64,000 nt of DNA from Clostridia bacterium (GTDB taxonomy: Bacteria > Bacillota > Clostridia > Oscillospirales > CAG-272). The DNA lies in the NCBI GenBank assembly GCA_017399105.1, contig JAFQEJ010000003.1:19213-83212 (forward strand), written 5' to 3'. Position numbers and translations under genes: made by a program. Shown in pieces: positions 1 through 8,799 of the stretch. The number at the start of each line of letters is the position of its first letter. Within the stretch, counting starts at the first letter, position 1. The notes beneath the pieces were generated by a model. The model made no database searches. It had not been told where the DNA came from and worked only from the letters and a program-made list of their open reading frames with translations.

Positions 1-277
1 GCCCGCTCTCCTTCATGTATGCCATCCCCTCATCCGAGAGTGCCACATGAATGCGCGAGGAGAGCACCGTGCTGACCGCATGATCGATCACCCGCTTGAT
101 CACATTAAAGGTAGGAGTCGGCAGCCCCTTGGCATCCACTCCGTTCCACTGCTCTCCGCGGTAGAATCGCGCATTCTCACGGATCCTTCCGTACAGCCCG
201 ATGGCATGATTAAATGCCACTCCGCTCTCATACCCGCGCCATGCCTCGCAGGGAGAGCCGTTTGTTTTGTTTTTCAT
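1..277 (-). CDS. phage portal protein, N-terminal part (CDS runs off the left edge of the window)
   Basis: ATG (rc) at 275-277 preceded by the RBS caggaggaacagg. N-terminus is MKNKTNGSPCEAWRGYESGVAFNHAIGLYGRIRENARFYRGEQWNG..PTFNVIKRVIDH, which resembles portal N-termini (P22 gp1-like F..QW and F.V..PV motifs). It lies downstream of terS/terL. Confidence 0.5.
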   Translation of the reverse strand, partial: MKNKTNGSPCEAWRGYESGVAFNHAIGLYGRIRENARFYRGEQWNGVDAKGLPTPTFNVIKRVIDHAVSTVLSSRIHVALSDEGMAYMKESG

Positions 278-324
278 CCTGTTCCTCCTGAAAAATTGAA
301 TTTGATTGTTAAGGGAACCGCCGA

Positions 325-453
325 TTACGCCCGCATCATCGCCTCATATGCCCCGACAATGCCGCATCCCTTCTCACGCTTTCTCACCCGCGGCAGCATA
401 CAGATCACAGCCGCCGCAGCACCCACGACAATTCCCGCCAAAAACCACCACAT
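325..453 (-). CDS. 42-aa single-TM peptide, translationally coupled to the upstream 583-aa gene
   Basis: MWWFLAGIVVGAAAAVICMLPRVRKREKG.. has one hydrophobic helix followed by a basic tail. Its ATG (451-453) overlaps the TGA (453-455) of the upstream gene as TGATG. Confidence 0.35.
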   Translation of the reverse strand: MWWFLAGIVVGAAAAVICMLPRVRKREKGCGIVGAYEAMMRA

Positions 454-2204
454 CAGCGATCGCCTCCGATTCCGTACTGCAGCGCAAAGCCCGATACCGC
501 AGCTCCGCCTGTGCCTGCCGCACCGATGGTCACGCTGCATGATTTCACATGCTTCATCCTGCACCGGCATCTTGCCCAGGTAGGCTGCCCGCTGCTCTCC
601 AGCTTAAAATCCGCGCTTCTTCCGTCGTCGGTCAGAAGCGAAAAATCGATTACATCTCCCTCGGGCGGCAGCGTCGATACGATCACACGGTAAAGATTTT
701 TCACAGCCCCCACCGGCGTCAGCTCAAAGGGAAGCCCCTCAAATCTTGCCTCGATTGCCTCCCCCGCATCATCACCGCTTCCGTCAAGCAGACAGACCGC
801 ACCGCCCGAGAAAAATGCCGCCCTGCCGTAGCAGTCAAACATGCCCGCAGCTCCGAACCCCTCGTACCTGTACCAGGCATCGAGCAGATAGTTGTACACA
901 TAAATCGTATCTCCGAAGCTCACCAACAGCTCCCCGTCGGCGCGGCTCACATAGAGCATCGTGTCCTCTCCCGCAGCCGGCAGCACACCTACCCGCTCCG
1001 AAATCTTCTTCGCATTCTTCTCGCCGCTCACATAGGTGGAAACCCAGCGGTAAACACCGTCAGCTGTCAGCGAAATCGGCGCATTCTCCAGCTGTGCGGC
1101 ACATCCCGGCGCAATACAGCCCAGCTCATCGTTGACAATCGCCGGCGTAAATACCGTGTGCCTAAAGCCCTGCCCGTCATTCACATTTTCGGCGCGCAGA
1201 CTGTATACACATCTCTCGCAGAAGAGCATCACCGTTTCATACTGCTGAATCAGTGCCGTCACATTGCCCGCCCCCGCGATCATGGTAAACTTGTCCTCCT
1301 CGGTGAAGTAGTCGGGACGCGCATGTCCCAGCTCATCCGACTTGGATACATAAACCGAACGCCCGTCCTCGCCGTCGTAGAGCATCACCGCCGACAGCTC
1401 CGAGCCGTTCAGCAGCGCCGAGTGCCTGCATCTGCAAAGCTTCTTTCGCTCCCCGTTGTCGCGCAGCATGTAAACCATCTCACATCCGTTTGAGATGTTC
1501 TCGGTGGGAGCGGTCACCAGCTCCAAATAGACATAAATCACAAAGCTCGCATCAATGGTGTAATCGGTTCCCGGCGTCAGCTTCCGTCCGTTCAGTGTTA
1601 CCGACAGAATCTCGCCCACATATTCGTGCGGCAGTCTGTAAACGTTCACCCCGCTCTTGATGTCAAGCTGAACCCGCACCTTTCGGCTCAGCAGATTCTC
1701 GTTCTCATAGTCGCTGCTCACACCGTAGTTGCTGCAGTGAACCTTCACCAGCGGCGTGTAACCCTCCACCAGCGACAGCGTGCTGCCGTTGCAGATGTAG
1801 AAATCACTGCCGTCGTTCACGTACACATTTCCCTTGTAGGCGAAAAAGTCCACCTTTCCCGTGCCGCTTTCCTGCAGCGCACCGATCTTCTCAGCCGAAG
1901 CCGCACCGCGCTTCATCCTGTAAAAATCCTGCTCGGTGGCGAACAGCAGCAGCTCATTGCCGCCAACCATCCCCTGCCACGCCCCGCGGATGTTCCCCGA
2001 AACCTCGCAAAGCTTGCTGTACCCGCTCCGCTTCACCAGCGTTCCGCCCGCATCCACGCGAAAATTCACCATATCGGATGCCTCCAGCACCCTGCCGCTC
2101 TTCTCAGCCCTCTTGGTCCGATTGATCCCCCCGAATTCCGAAAAGCTCATGCTCTCTGGCAGCTTGCTCTTCCCCTGCCCGCTCTCCTTCATTACTGTCG
2201 CCAT
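453..2204 (-). CDS. 583-aa phage-associated protein of unknown function (beta-rich, possibly structural)
   Basis: Long ORF in the phage module between terL and the portal gene, with an RBS (aggaggtattATG). I recognise no motif. Confidence 0.6.
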   Translation of the reverse strand: MATVMKESGQGKSKLPESMSFSEFGGINRTKRAEKSGRVLEASDMVNFRVDAGGTLVKRSGYSKLCEVSGNIRGAWQGMVGGNELLLFATEQDFYRMKRGAASAEKIGALQESGTGKVDFFAYKGNVYVNDGSDFYICNGSTLSLVEGYTPLVKVHCSNYGVSSDYENENLLSRKVRVQLDIKSGVNVYRLPHEYVGEILSVTLNGRKLTPGTDYTIDASFVIYVYLELVTAPTENISNGCEMVYMLRDNGERKKLCRCRHSALLNGSELSAVMLYDGEDGRSVYVSKSDELGHARPDYFTEEDKFTMIAGAGNVTALIQQYETVMLFCERCVYSLRAENVNDGQGFRHTVFTPAIVNDELGCIAPGCAAQLENAPISLTADGVYRWVSTYVSGEKNAKKISERVGVLPAAGEDTMLYVSRADGELLVSFGDTIYVYNYLLDAWYRYEGFGAAGMFDCYGRAAFFSGGAVCLLDGSGDDAGEAIEARFEGLPFELTPVGAVKNLYRVIVSTLPPEGDVIDFSLLTDDGRSADFKLESSGQPTWARCRCRMKHVKSCSVTIGAAGTGGAAVSGFALQYGIGGDR

Positions 2205-2232
2205 AATACCTCCTGATTCATAAAATTTCCTC

Positions 2233-3555
2233 TCAATAATCCGCCAAACTCACACCGCCCCATGCCCCGGAATCCCATGTGTCATCTTCTTCAACTCCCG
2301 CATCTGTCCGCGACATCACCGCATATCTGAGTGCCTCTGGCATGTGCGTGATGCTGTGCGGTTCGCTCGCCGCATCCTCGCATCTCCTCTTGTCAAAGAG
2401 AAGCGCCCCCAGACAGCGAATCAGCTCTGTACAGCTCACATCAATGATCAGCTTTCTCTCCCCGCGCAAATACTCACGAAGACAGCGCCATCCGATCACC
2501 CTTCGGTCGTCTGCCCTTATCAGCGGCGGCAGTTCACGATTCCGACTCATAATTTCAAAGCCGCTGTACCCCGTGTCCTGCCGCCTGTTCCAAAGATCGG
2601 GACTGGCTGCAATGTACTCAATCTCCTCCCCTGCACAAAGAGAAGCCACCGTCTCCGCCGCCTCGGATATGGTCAGCCCCGACCGACAGAATTCCCTGTA
2701 AACGGTCAGCCTTCCCTCACCGTCCACCGCACAGAATACCACTGCCGTCATGTCAAAGCCGTAATCCATCGCACAGAATCGCCTTGCCCCCGCAGGAAGC
2801 ACAACCTCCTCCACATGCCGCTCGGCTGTAAATTCGGGAAAGAACTGCCCCTCGAATAAATCCCATCGTCCCTCAAGCCAGGCACTCCTCAGCTTCTCGG
2901 GCAGCGAATCAAGCTGAGATACATAGTCGGGATTCACCGCCATCAGCGCCTCGTTGTCGTAAACCAACGCCTGTACAAAGCAGTAATCCTCCTCCCGCTC
3001 CCCCGAATGGTAGATCCTGTCAACAAAAAGCCGCTTCACCCAGGCATGCCCCACACCGCCGGGATTGCAGGTCAGATACATCCGCTTGGGATATCCGCTC
3101 GTGCCGCGCAGACATGCTTTCAGCGTCATAAACTGATACTCGGTCAGCTGCGTCGCCTCGTCAATGGCAATCACGTCATATTCCTGCCCCTGATACCTCA
3201 GCACATCCCGCTCCGCCGCACAGAATCCCAGAAAAATCCGACTTCCGTTCGGGAAGGTAAAGCACTTTGCCGCATCGCTGTAATGTACCGCATCCCCCAG
3301 CTCGGCAAGCAGCGGAAGCATGTGATTGCAGCGCAGCTCCCCGTAGCTTCGTCTGATAATCAGCGCTGTAATGCCCGGATAGCGAAAAGCCATCAGAATC
3401 AGCTTTCGCCGCAGCGCCCAGGACTTGCCGCCCCCTCTCGCACCGCCGTAAGCGGTAAACTTGCAGCGTGAAGCAAAAAACGCCTGCTGCTTTTTGTTGG
3501 GCTTCCCCAGAAGATTCACCTTTTTACTCACCGTCAGCCTCCCCGTCATGATCAC
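2233..3555 (-). CDS. terL: phage terminase large subunit
   Basis: Walker A-like motif YGGARGGGKSWA, the segment DVIAIDEATQL, and a C-terminal nuclease-like region. Size and position after terS fit. Confidence 0.9.
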   Translation of the reverse strand: MIMTGRLTVSKKVNLLGKPNKKQQAFFASRCKFTAYGGARGGGKSWALRRKLILMAFRYPGITALIIRRSYGELRCNHMLPLLAELGDAVHYSDAAKCFTFPNGSRIFLGFCAAERDVLRYQGQEYDVIAIDEATQLTEYQFMTLKACLRGTSGYPKRMYLTCNPGGVGHAWVKRLFVDRIYHSGEREEDYCFVQALVYDNEALMAVNPDYVSQLDSLPEKLRSAWLEGRWDLFEGQFFPEFTAERHVEEVVLPAGARRFCAMDYGFDMTAVVFCAVDGEGRLTVYREFCRSGLTISEAAETVASLCAGEEIEYIAASPDLWNRRQDTGYSGFEIMSRNRELPPLIRADDRRVIGWRCLREYLRGERKLIIDVSCTELIRCLGALLFDKRRCEDAASEPHSITHMPEALRYAVMSRTDAGVEEDDTWDSGAWGGVSLADY

Positions 3556-3877
3556 AGAAAACAGTTACCGCACCGCCGTCCCGCTCCTCCTCGGGAGAGG
3601 TCAGCGATCTCAGATAGCTCATGGTTGTTCCCGAATTGGGAGCCTTCATGTTCAGCGCCTCGTCAATGAATGCAGACTCCAGCAGATCATACTCCAGCGG
3701 ATAACATTCGCGCAGCGCATATAACTCCTCCCGCTTGATTTTCGCAAACCTGCAGAAGCCCGCCGCATTGGGAAGCCGTCTCTTCTGCATGCACATGGCA
3801 AGATAAGCCTCAAAGCTCTCGTGAAATTTCGCCCGCGACCTCACCGCCTCCCTGCGTTTTGTCTTTCCCATTTTCAT
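3524..3877 (-). CDS. terS: phage terminase small subunit
   Basis: MKMGKTKRREAVRSRAKFHESFEAYLAMCMQKRRLPNAAGFCRFAKI.. is typical of a small terminase HTH N-terminus. RBS is ggaagggg. The gene overlaps the terL start. Confidence 0.65.
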   Translation of the reverse strand: MKMGKTKRREAVRSRAKFHESFEAYLAMCMQKRRLPNAAGFCRFAKIKREELYALRECYPLEYDLLESAFIDEALNMKAPNSGTTMSYLRSLTSPEEERDGGAVTVFCDHDGEADGE

Positions 3878-3927
3878 CACCCCTTCCGTTGTGCCTGTAT
3901 CATACACCAAAACAAATTCTTATACAA

Positions 3928-3965
3928 TCGCAAAGCGTCGCAAAGTGTCGCAAACCATCGCAGAA
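3928..3965. repeat. four direct TCGCA(A/G)A(G/C/A) repeats with exact 10-bp phasing
   Basis: tcgcaaag at 3928, tcgcaaag at 3938, tcgcaaac at 3948 and tcgcagaa at 3958. Further copies lie at 4126, 4230 and 4245. Confidence 0.8.
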
Positions 3966-3985
3966 ACTTTTAAAGCATGTTTTGG

Positions 3986-4014
3986 TTGACAGAAAATAAC
4001 AAAAGTAGTATAAT
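3986..4014 (+). promoter_or_regulatory. consensus sigma-A promoter (TTGACA, 17-bp spacer, TATAAT)
   Basis: TTGACA at 3986-3991 and TATAAT at 4009-4014 with a 17-bp spacer. It points rightward, away from the phage genes. Confidence 0.6.
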
Positions 4015-4139
4015 AAAAATATCTATGGAATGATGTACCATCTCCGATTTTTCGCTCCCCCACCCCCAAAACGGACGACCGATGGTCGCCCCTGCTGCAA
4101 TGTAACACAATATCTTGATCAATTATCGCAATCTCAACG

Positions 4140-4187
4140 CCTCGCCCTCCGGGAGAGGTAGCATGCCGTAAGGCATGACGGAGAGGG
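4140..4187 (+). repeat. 47-nt hairpin-containing intergenic repeat, copy 1 (copy 2 at 36905-36951)
   Basis: CCTCGCCCTCCGGGAGAGgTaGCATGCCGtAaggCATGaCGGAGAGGG. The central CATGCC-GTAA-GGCATG forms a hairpin. Confidence 0.75.
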
Positions 4188-4366
4188 CAACCACCGTCAT
4201 TTCATCGGTTACCCGCTCCATGCGAAAATTCGCAAAGCAAATTATCGCAGTTTAGGGTGAGCCTTGAGGTATGTGCTGTTTTAAAGTTTTAAGCGTTACA
4301 TTGTATTACAAATTTTTACAATCCCCTTATCCCCCACAAAAATCCCCTCCGAAAGGAGTCCCACCC

Positions 4367-5602
4367 ATGCACGATCGCCCCACCGCCGACGCCCTCCGTC
4401 CCACCACCCTCGACGATATCGTCGGCCAGCCCCATCTTTTCGGCAAAAACGGCTCCATCCGCCGTATGCTTGAGCGCGGCCATATTCCCAATATGATCTT
4501 CTTCGGCCCCCCCGGCACCGGCAAAACCACCGCCGCAGGCATCATCGCCGCAAGCTCGGGCATGACCCTCCACCGCCTCAATGCCACAACCGCCTCCATT
4601 GCCGATGTCCACGAAATCACCAAATCCACATCCTCCCTCTTCGGCTCGGGCGGTATCCTCCTCTATCTGGACGAAATCCAGTATTTCAACAAAAAACAAC
4701 AGCAGTCCCTGCTCGAATACATCGAGGACGGCAGAATCACCCTCATCGCCTCCACCACCGAAAATCCCTATATCTATGTCTATAACGCCATCGTCTCCCG
4801 CTCGGCAGTCTTTGAATTCAAGGCAGTCCCCCCCGAAGCCCTCCGTCCCGTCCTCCTGCGTGCGCTGGACAGGCTCAATGCAGATCAAGCCGAGCCGACC
4901 GCCTTCACCGATGACGCCCTCGATTACATCGCCGCAGCAGCTGCCGGAGATGTGAGACGCAGCATCAACCTCCTGGAATCCGCCTACTTCTGCGCCGCCG
5001 ATGCCACCGTCACCCTGGAGATCGCGAAGAATGCCTTTCCCTCCCCCCACGGGCACTATGACCGGGACGGAAGCGTCCATTTCGATATGCTCTCCGCCCT
5101 CCAGAAGTCGATCCGCGGCTCAGATCCCGATGCCGCCGTCTTCTACCTGGCACGCATCCTTGAGGGAGGCGATCTCATCGGAGCCTGCCGCCGCCTGCAG
5201 GTCATCGCCAGCGAGGATATCGGCCTTGCCTATCCCATGGCAGCCGCCGTCGTGCGCGCCTGTGTGGAGTCCGCCAAGGAGCTGGGCATGCCCGAAGCCC
5301 GTATTCCCCTCGCCCATGCGGCACTGCTGCTTGCCACCGCCCCCAAATCCAACTCTGCCGAAGCCGCCTACGATGCCGCCAAAGCCGCTGTTGAATCGGG
5401 CGCAGGCAGAACGGTCCCCCCCTACATGAGCCCCACCCATCAGTACCAGAATTACAAATACCCCCACGCCTTCCCTAACCATTGGGTCGACCAGCAATAC
5501 CTTCCAGACGAGCTGAAAAACGCCCGCTTCTACGAATACGGCGAGAACAAAACCGAACAGGCTGCGAAGGCATATTGGGACAAGATCAAGGGAAAAACCT
5601 GA
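4367..5602 (+). CDS. rarA: replication-associated recombination protein A (AAA+ ATPase, RarA/MgsA)
   Basis: LRPTTLDDIVGQPHL..FFGPPGTGKTT Walker A, LYLDEIQYFNK Walker B, and a MgsA C-terminal region (..SALQKSIRGSDPDAA.FYLAR). RBS is gaaaggag. The start was moved to M33 of the ORF. Confidence 0.9.
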   Translation: MHDRPTADALRPTTLDDIVGQPHLFGKNGSIRRMLERGHIPNMIFFGPPGTGKTTAAGIIAASSGMTLHRLNATTASIADVHEITKSTSSLFGSGGILLYLDEIQYFNKKQQQSLLEYIEDGRITLIASTTENPYIYVYNAIVSRSAVFEFKAVPPEALRPVLLRALDRLNADQAEPTAFTDDALDYIAAAAAGDVRRSINLLESAYFCAADATVTLEIAKNAFPSPHGHYDRDGSVHFDMLSALQKSIRGSDPDAAVFYLARILEGGDLIGACRRLQVIASEDIGLAYPMAAAVVRACVESAKELGMPEARIPLAHAALLLATAPKSNSAEAAYDAAKAAVESGAGRTVPPYMSPTHQYQNYKYPHAFPNHWVDQQYLPDELKNARFYEYGENKTEQAAKAYWDKIKGKT

Positions 5603-5669
5603 CAAAGTCCCCTCAACGAAAATGGTTCGCCCTTCCCAAAAAACAAATCCACTCCGAAAGGACACCGCC

Positions 5670-5981
5670 ATGAAAGATAAAAAATCCCCCGCTCAGTATA
5701 ACCTCTCCTCAGCCATCATCGCATGGCTCTGCGTCGCCGGAAGCATCGCTACCGCCATCATCATCTATTTCAACGAAGGCCGCCTTCCCACCTTCGCCTC
5801 AATTCTCGTCATCATCGCCCTGATCGTCCTCGCTGTCGCCGCCACAATTTCGGCATGGCGCACCCGTAACGACAAAACGCCCCGCGAATACGAGATCGAT
5901 CCCACCCATCCCGATGCCATTTTCGGCAAGGTCTATGTCACCCCCTCCGAGGATGACAAAGAAAACAGCGACAGCGAATAA
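5670..5981 (+). CDS. small membrane protein (2 predicted TM)
   Basis: Two hydrophobic stretches (AIIAWLCVAGSIATAIIIYF and FASILVIIALIVLAVAATISAW). RBS is gaaagga. Confidence 0.6.
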   Translation: MKDKKSPAQYNLSSAIIAWLCVAGSIATAIIIYFNEGRLPTFASILVIIALIVLAVAATISAWRTRNDKTPREYEIDPTHPDAIFGKVYVTPSEDDKENSDSE

Positions 5982-6016
5982 CCGCCGCCGCCAATATCAA
6001 TCAAGGAATCATCCAC

Positions 6017-7411
6017 ATGAACAAATACCAAAAGCTCATCTCCAATACCGCCATCCTCGCCATCGGTACCTTTGCCTCCAAGGTGCTGGTATTCCTGCTC
6101 ATGCCCCTCTATACCAGCTGCCTCTCCGCCGCCGAGTATGGCACCGCCGACCTGATCACCCAGACGGCAAATCTCATCATTCCTCTTCTCGCCTGCGGCA
6201 TTGTCGAAGCGGTCTTCCGCTTTGCACTGGATAAAAAGAGCAACCTCGCCCGCGTCTTTACTACAGGCTTTGTGGTCATCTGCGCCGGCGTCGCCCTCTT
6301 TGCCATTCTCTCGCCCCTCCTCTCAAAAATCAACTATTTCGGCGAGTACACCGCCCTCATCATCGCCTATGCCGCCGCATCCTGCTTCCATTCGCTCTGT
6401 GCCCAGTTCGTGCGCGCCACAGGCAAAACCTCGCTTTTTGCTTTTCAGGGAATTCTCAGCACGCTGATCACCATCATTCTCAACATCATCTTCCTCGTAG
6501 CCTGCGACATGGGCGTGGAGGGTTATGTACTCTCTGTAGTCTTCTCGGATATCGCCGCCACCATCTTCCTTGTGATCACCGCCCGTCTCTGGGGCGCACT
6601 CCGTTTTGACCGCTTCAAGCTCTCCTTCGCCTTCGAGATGCTGAAATTCAGCGTCCCCATGATCCCCACCACCATCTTCTGGTGGATCACCAATGTAGCC
6701 GACCGCTACATGGTACGCGATATCTGCGGCAAGGAAATCAACGGTCTCTATGCCGTTGCCTATAAAATCCCCACCCTGCTTATTTTAGCCTCGGGCGTTT
6801 TCATCGAGGCATGGCAGTTCTCCGCCGTCACCGAAAAGGGCAGCCGCGAGCACACCGCCTTCTTCGGCAAGGTTATGGGAAGCTTCCAGGCGATGATGTT
6901 CATGGTAGGCTCGGTGCTTGTGGCATTTTCCAAGATTTTCACCATGCTTCTGGTGGATCCCTCCTACTACACCTCTTGGCGCTACATTCCGATTCTCTCT
7001 GCCGCCACGGTATTTTCCAGTCTTGTGACCTTCATGGGCAGCGTTTATCTGGTGGAAAAGAAGAGTATTCTCTCCTTCGTCACCTCCTTCATCGGTGCAG
7101 GCGTGAACATTCTGCTCAATCTGCTGCTCATTCCGCACTTTGAAGCGATCGGAGCGGCGATTGCGACCTTCTTCAGCTATTTTGTTGTATACATCATTCG
7201 CGCCATCAACTCGCGCAGTTATATTCCCTTTGATTTGCACAACCGCAAGGTTGCATTCAACACAGCGGTGATTCTGCTGCAATCGACCGTGATGATTCTT
7301 GAGGTCCCCTTCTGGATTCCGATGCAGATTCTTTGCGTCGGATTGATTGTAGGGGTGAACATCAAGCCGATATTGGTGGGGATGATGAAGCTTATTCGGA
7401 GAGGGAGATAA
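6017..7411 (+). CDS. MOP-superfamily oligosaccharide/polysaccharide flippase (Wzx/SpoVB-like)
   Basis: 464 aa and multi-TM. The N-terminus ISNTAILAIGTFASKVLVFLLMPLYTSCLSAAEYG is typical of the polysaccharide biosynthesis protein family. Confidence 0.75.
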   Translation: MNKYQKLISNTAILAIGTFASKVLVFLLMPLYTSCLSAAEYGTADLITQTANLIIPLLACGIVEAVFRFALDKKSNLARVFTTGFVVICAGVALFAILSPLLSKINYFGEYTALIIAYAAASCFHSLCAQFVRATGKTSLFAFQGILSTLITIILNIIFLVACDMGVEGYVLSVVFSDIAATIFLVITARLWGALRFDRFKLSFAFEMLKFSVPMIPTTIFWWITNVADRYMVRDICGKEINGLYAVAYKIPTLLILASGVFIEAWQFSAVTEKGSREHTAFFGKVMGSFQAMMFMVGSVLVAFSKIFTMLLVDPSYYTSWRYIPILSAATVFSSLVTFMGSVYLVEKKSILSFVTSFIGAGVNILLNLLLIPHFEAIGAAIATFFSYFVVYIIRAINSRSYIPFDLHNRKVAFNTAVILLQSTVMILEVPFWIPMQILCVGLIVGVNIKPILVGMMKLIRRGR

Positions 7412-7902
7412 AAGCAGAGATTAAGGGTTCGAGCTTGGATGAAGATCGATCGTTCCGTTCGTGCGTTTTTTTGGGACGACAATATCGTGCATCCCACAAA
7501 ATAAACTCGCAGCAGTGCCCATCCCTTAGCGAAACCACGCAAGCTGAAATGCAAAAGCGTTTGCTGTAACTTCAACATCCGCTGAAGAAATCCTTTAAGT
7601 TAAATAACGCTTGGCTCCCCTAACGATTATTAAGCTGTTCACCGGCTGCACGATTGAATCAATTAGGTATACCTCAATATAGCGAACGGTAAACACTCAC
7701 CACAGAGGTAAGCCTAAAGCAACTCTTTTTCACCGTCCCACGATTGGGTCGTCAGTCAGGAGTCCATGGGAAACCCCTGGCGGCGCCTTTCTTTGCTTCG
7801 TTTCTTACTCGCTGTAGAGAAAGAAATGAAGAAACCGGTACAAACAAATTCAGCTAAACCTCATCCACCCAAACCAAACTAACCACAACCACAAAAACCA
7901 TC

Positions 7903-8799
7903 ATGAAAAAAGGTATTCTCCTCACCCTCATCGCCGGTACCCTCTGGGGTATCATGGGCCTCTTCGTCCGTACCCTCGGCAGCACCGGCCTCGACTCCAT
8001 GCAAATCGTCGCCATGCGCATCATCTTCACCGCCGTCATCCTCGCCGCAGGCGCCGCACTCTTTAAGCCCTCCCTCTTCAAAATCCGCCTCCGCGATCTC
8101 TGGTGCTTCCTCGGTACCGGCATCATCAGCATCGTCCTCTTCACCTATTGCTACTTCAGAACCATGACCCTCACCTCGCTTGCCACCGCCGCTGTCCTTC
8201 TCTATACCGCTCCCGTCATGGTCATGCTCATGTCAATCCTCTTCTTTCGTGAGAAAATCACCCTGCGGAAGCTCATCTCCTGCGCCCTCGCTCTTGTCGG
8301 ATGTGTCCTCGTCACAGGAGTCCTCGGTGAATCGGGAGCCATCTCCCCTGCAGGTCTTGCCCTCGGTCTCGTCTCCGCCTTTGGCTATGCCCTCTATTCC
8401 ATTTTCGGCAGAGTCGCCCTCAACCGCGGCTATCATCCCCTCACCCTCACCCTCTATACCTTCCTCTTCGCCACCCTCGGCGTCCTTCCCCTCACCAATC
8501 TCAGAGGCATCGCCGAAGTTGCCGCAGAGTCGCCCACCGTCATCCCCTTCGGAATCCTCATGGCAGTCATCTCCGCCGTCATCCCCTATACAACCTATAC
8601 CACCGCCCTCACCTATATCGAATCGAGCCGCGCATCCATCATCGCCTCGGTGGAGCCTGTTGTCGCCACCCTCACCGGCATTCTCATCTTCCATGAGCCC
8701 CTCACACTCGACAGCCTCGCGGGCATCATCCTCGTCCTCGCATCGCTTGTCCTGCTGAATCTGGAGCCGAAAAAATCCAAAAAGGAGAAGGAATCATGA
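7903..8799 (+). CDS. DMT-superfamily (EamA-like) transporter
   Basis: About 10 TM segments in a duplicated EamA-type architecture, with N-terminus LIAGTLWGIMGLFVR. Confidence 0.8.
   Translation: MKKGILLTLIAGTLWGIMGLFVRTLGSTGLDSMQIVAMRIIFTAVILAAGAALFKPSLFKIRLRDLWCFLGTGIISIVLFTYCYFRTMTLTSLATAAVLLYTAPVMVMLMSILFFREKITLRKLISCALALVGCVLVTGVLGESGAISPAGLALGLVSAFGYALYSIFGRVALNRGYHPLTLTLYTFLFATLGVLPLTNLRGIAEVAAESPTVIPFGILMAVISAVIPYTTYTTALTYIESSRASIIASVEPVVATLTGILIFHEPLTLDSLAGIILVLASLVLLNLEPKKSKKEKES

Noticed and set aside
3920-4108. 62-aa ORF between terS and rarA
   Set aside because: It spans the consensus promoter and the repeat-rich spacer, has odd composition (..RGDHRSSVLGVGER..) and has no RBS. 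It is most likely a spurious ORF created by intergenic repeats.
7333-7578. Short ORFs on both strands in the 7412-7902 spacer
   Set aside because: They overlap the end of the flippase gene or lie in low-complexity sequence. They have no RBS and no motif.
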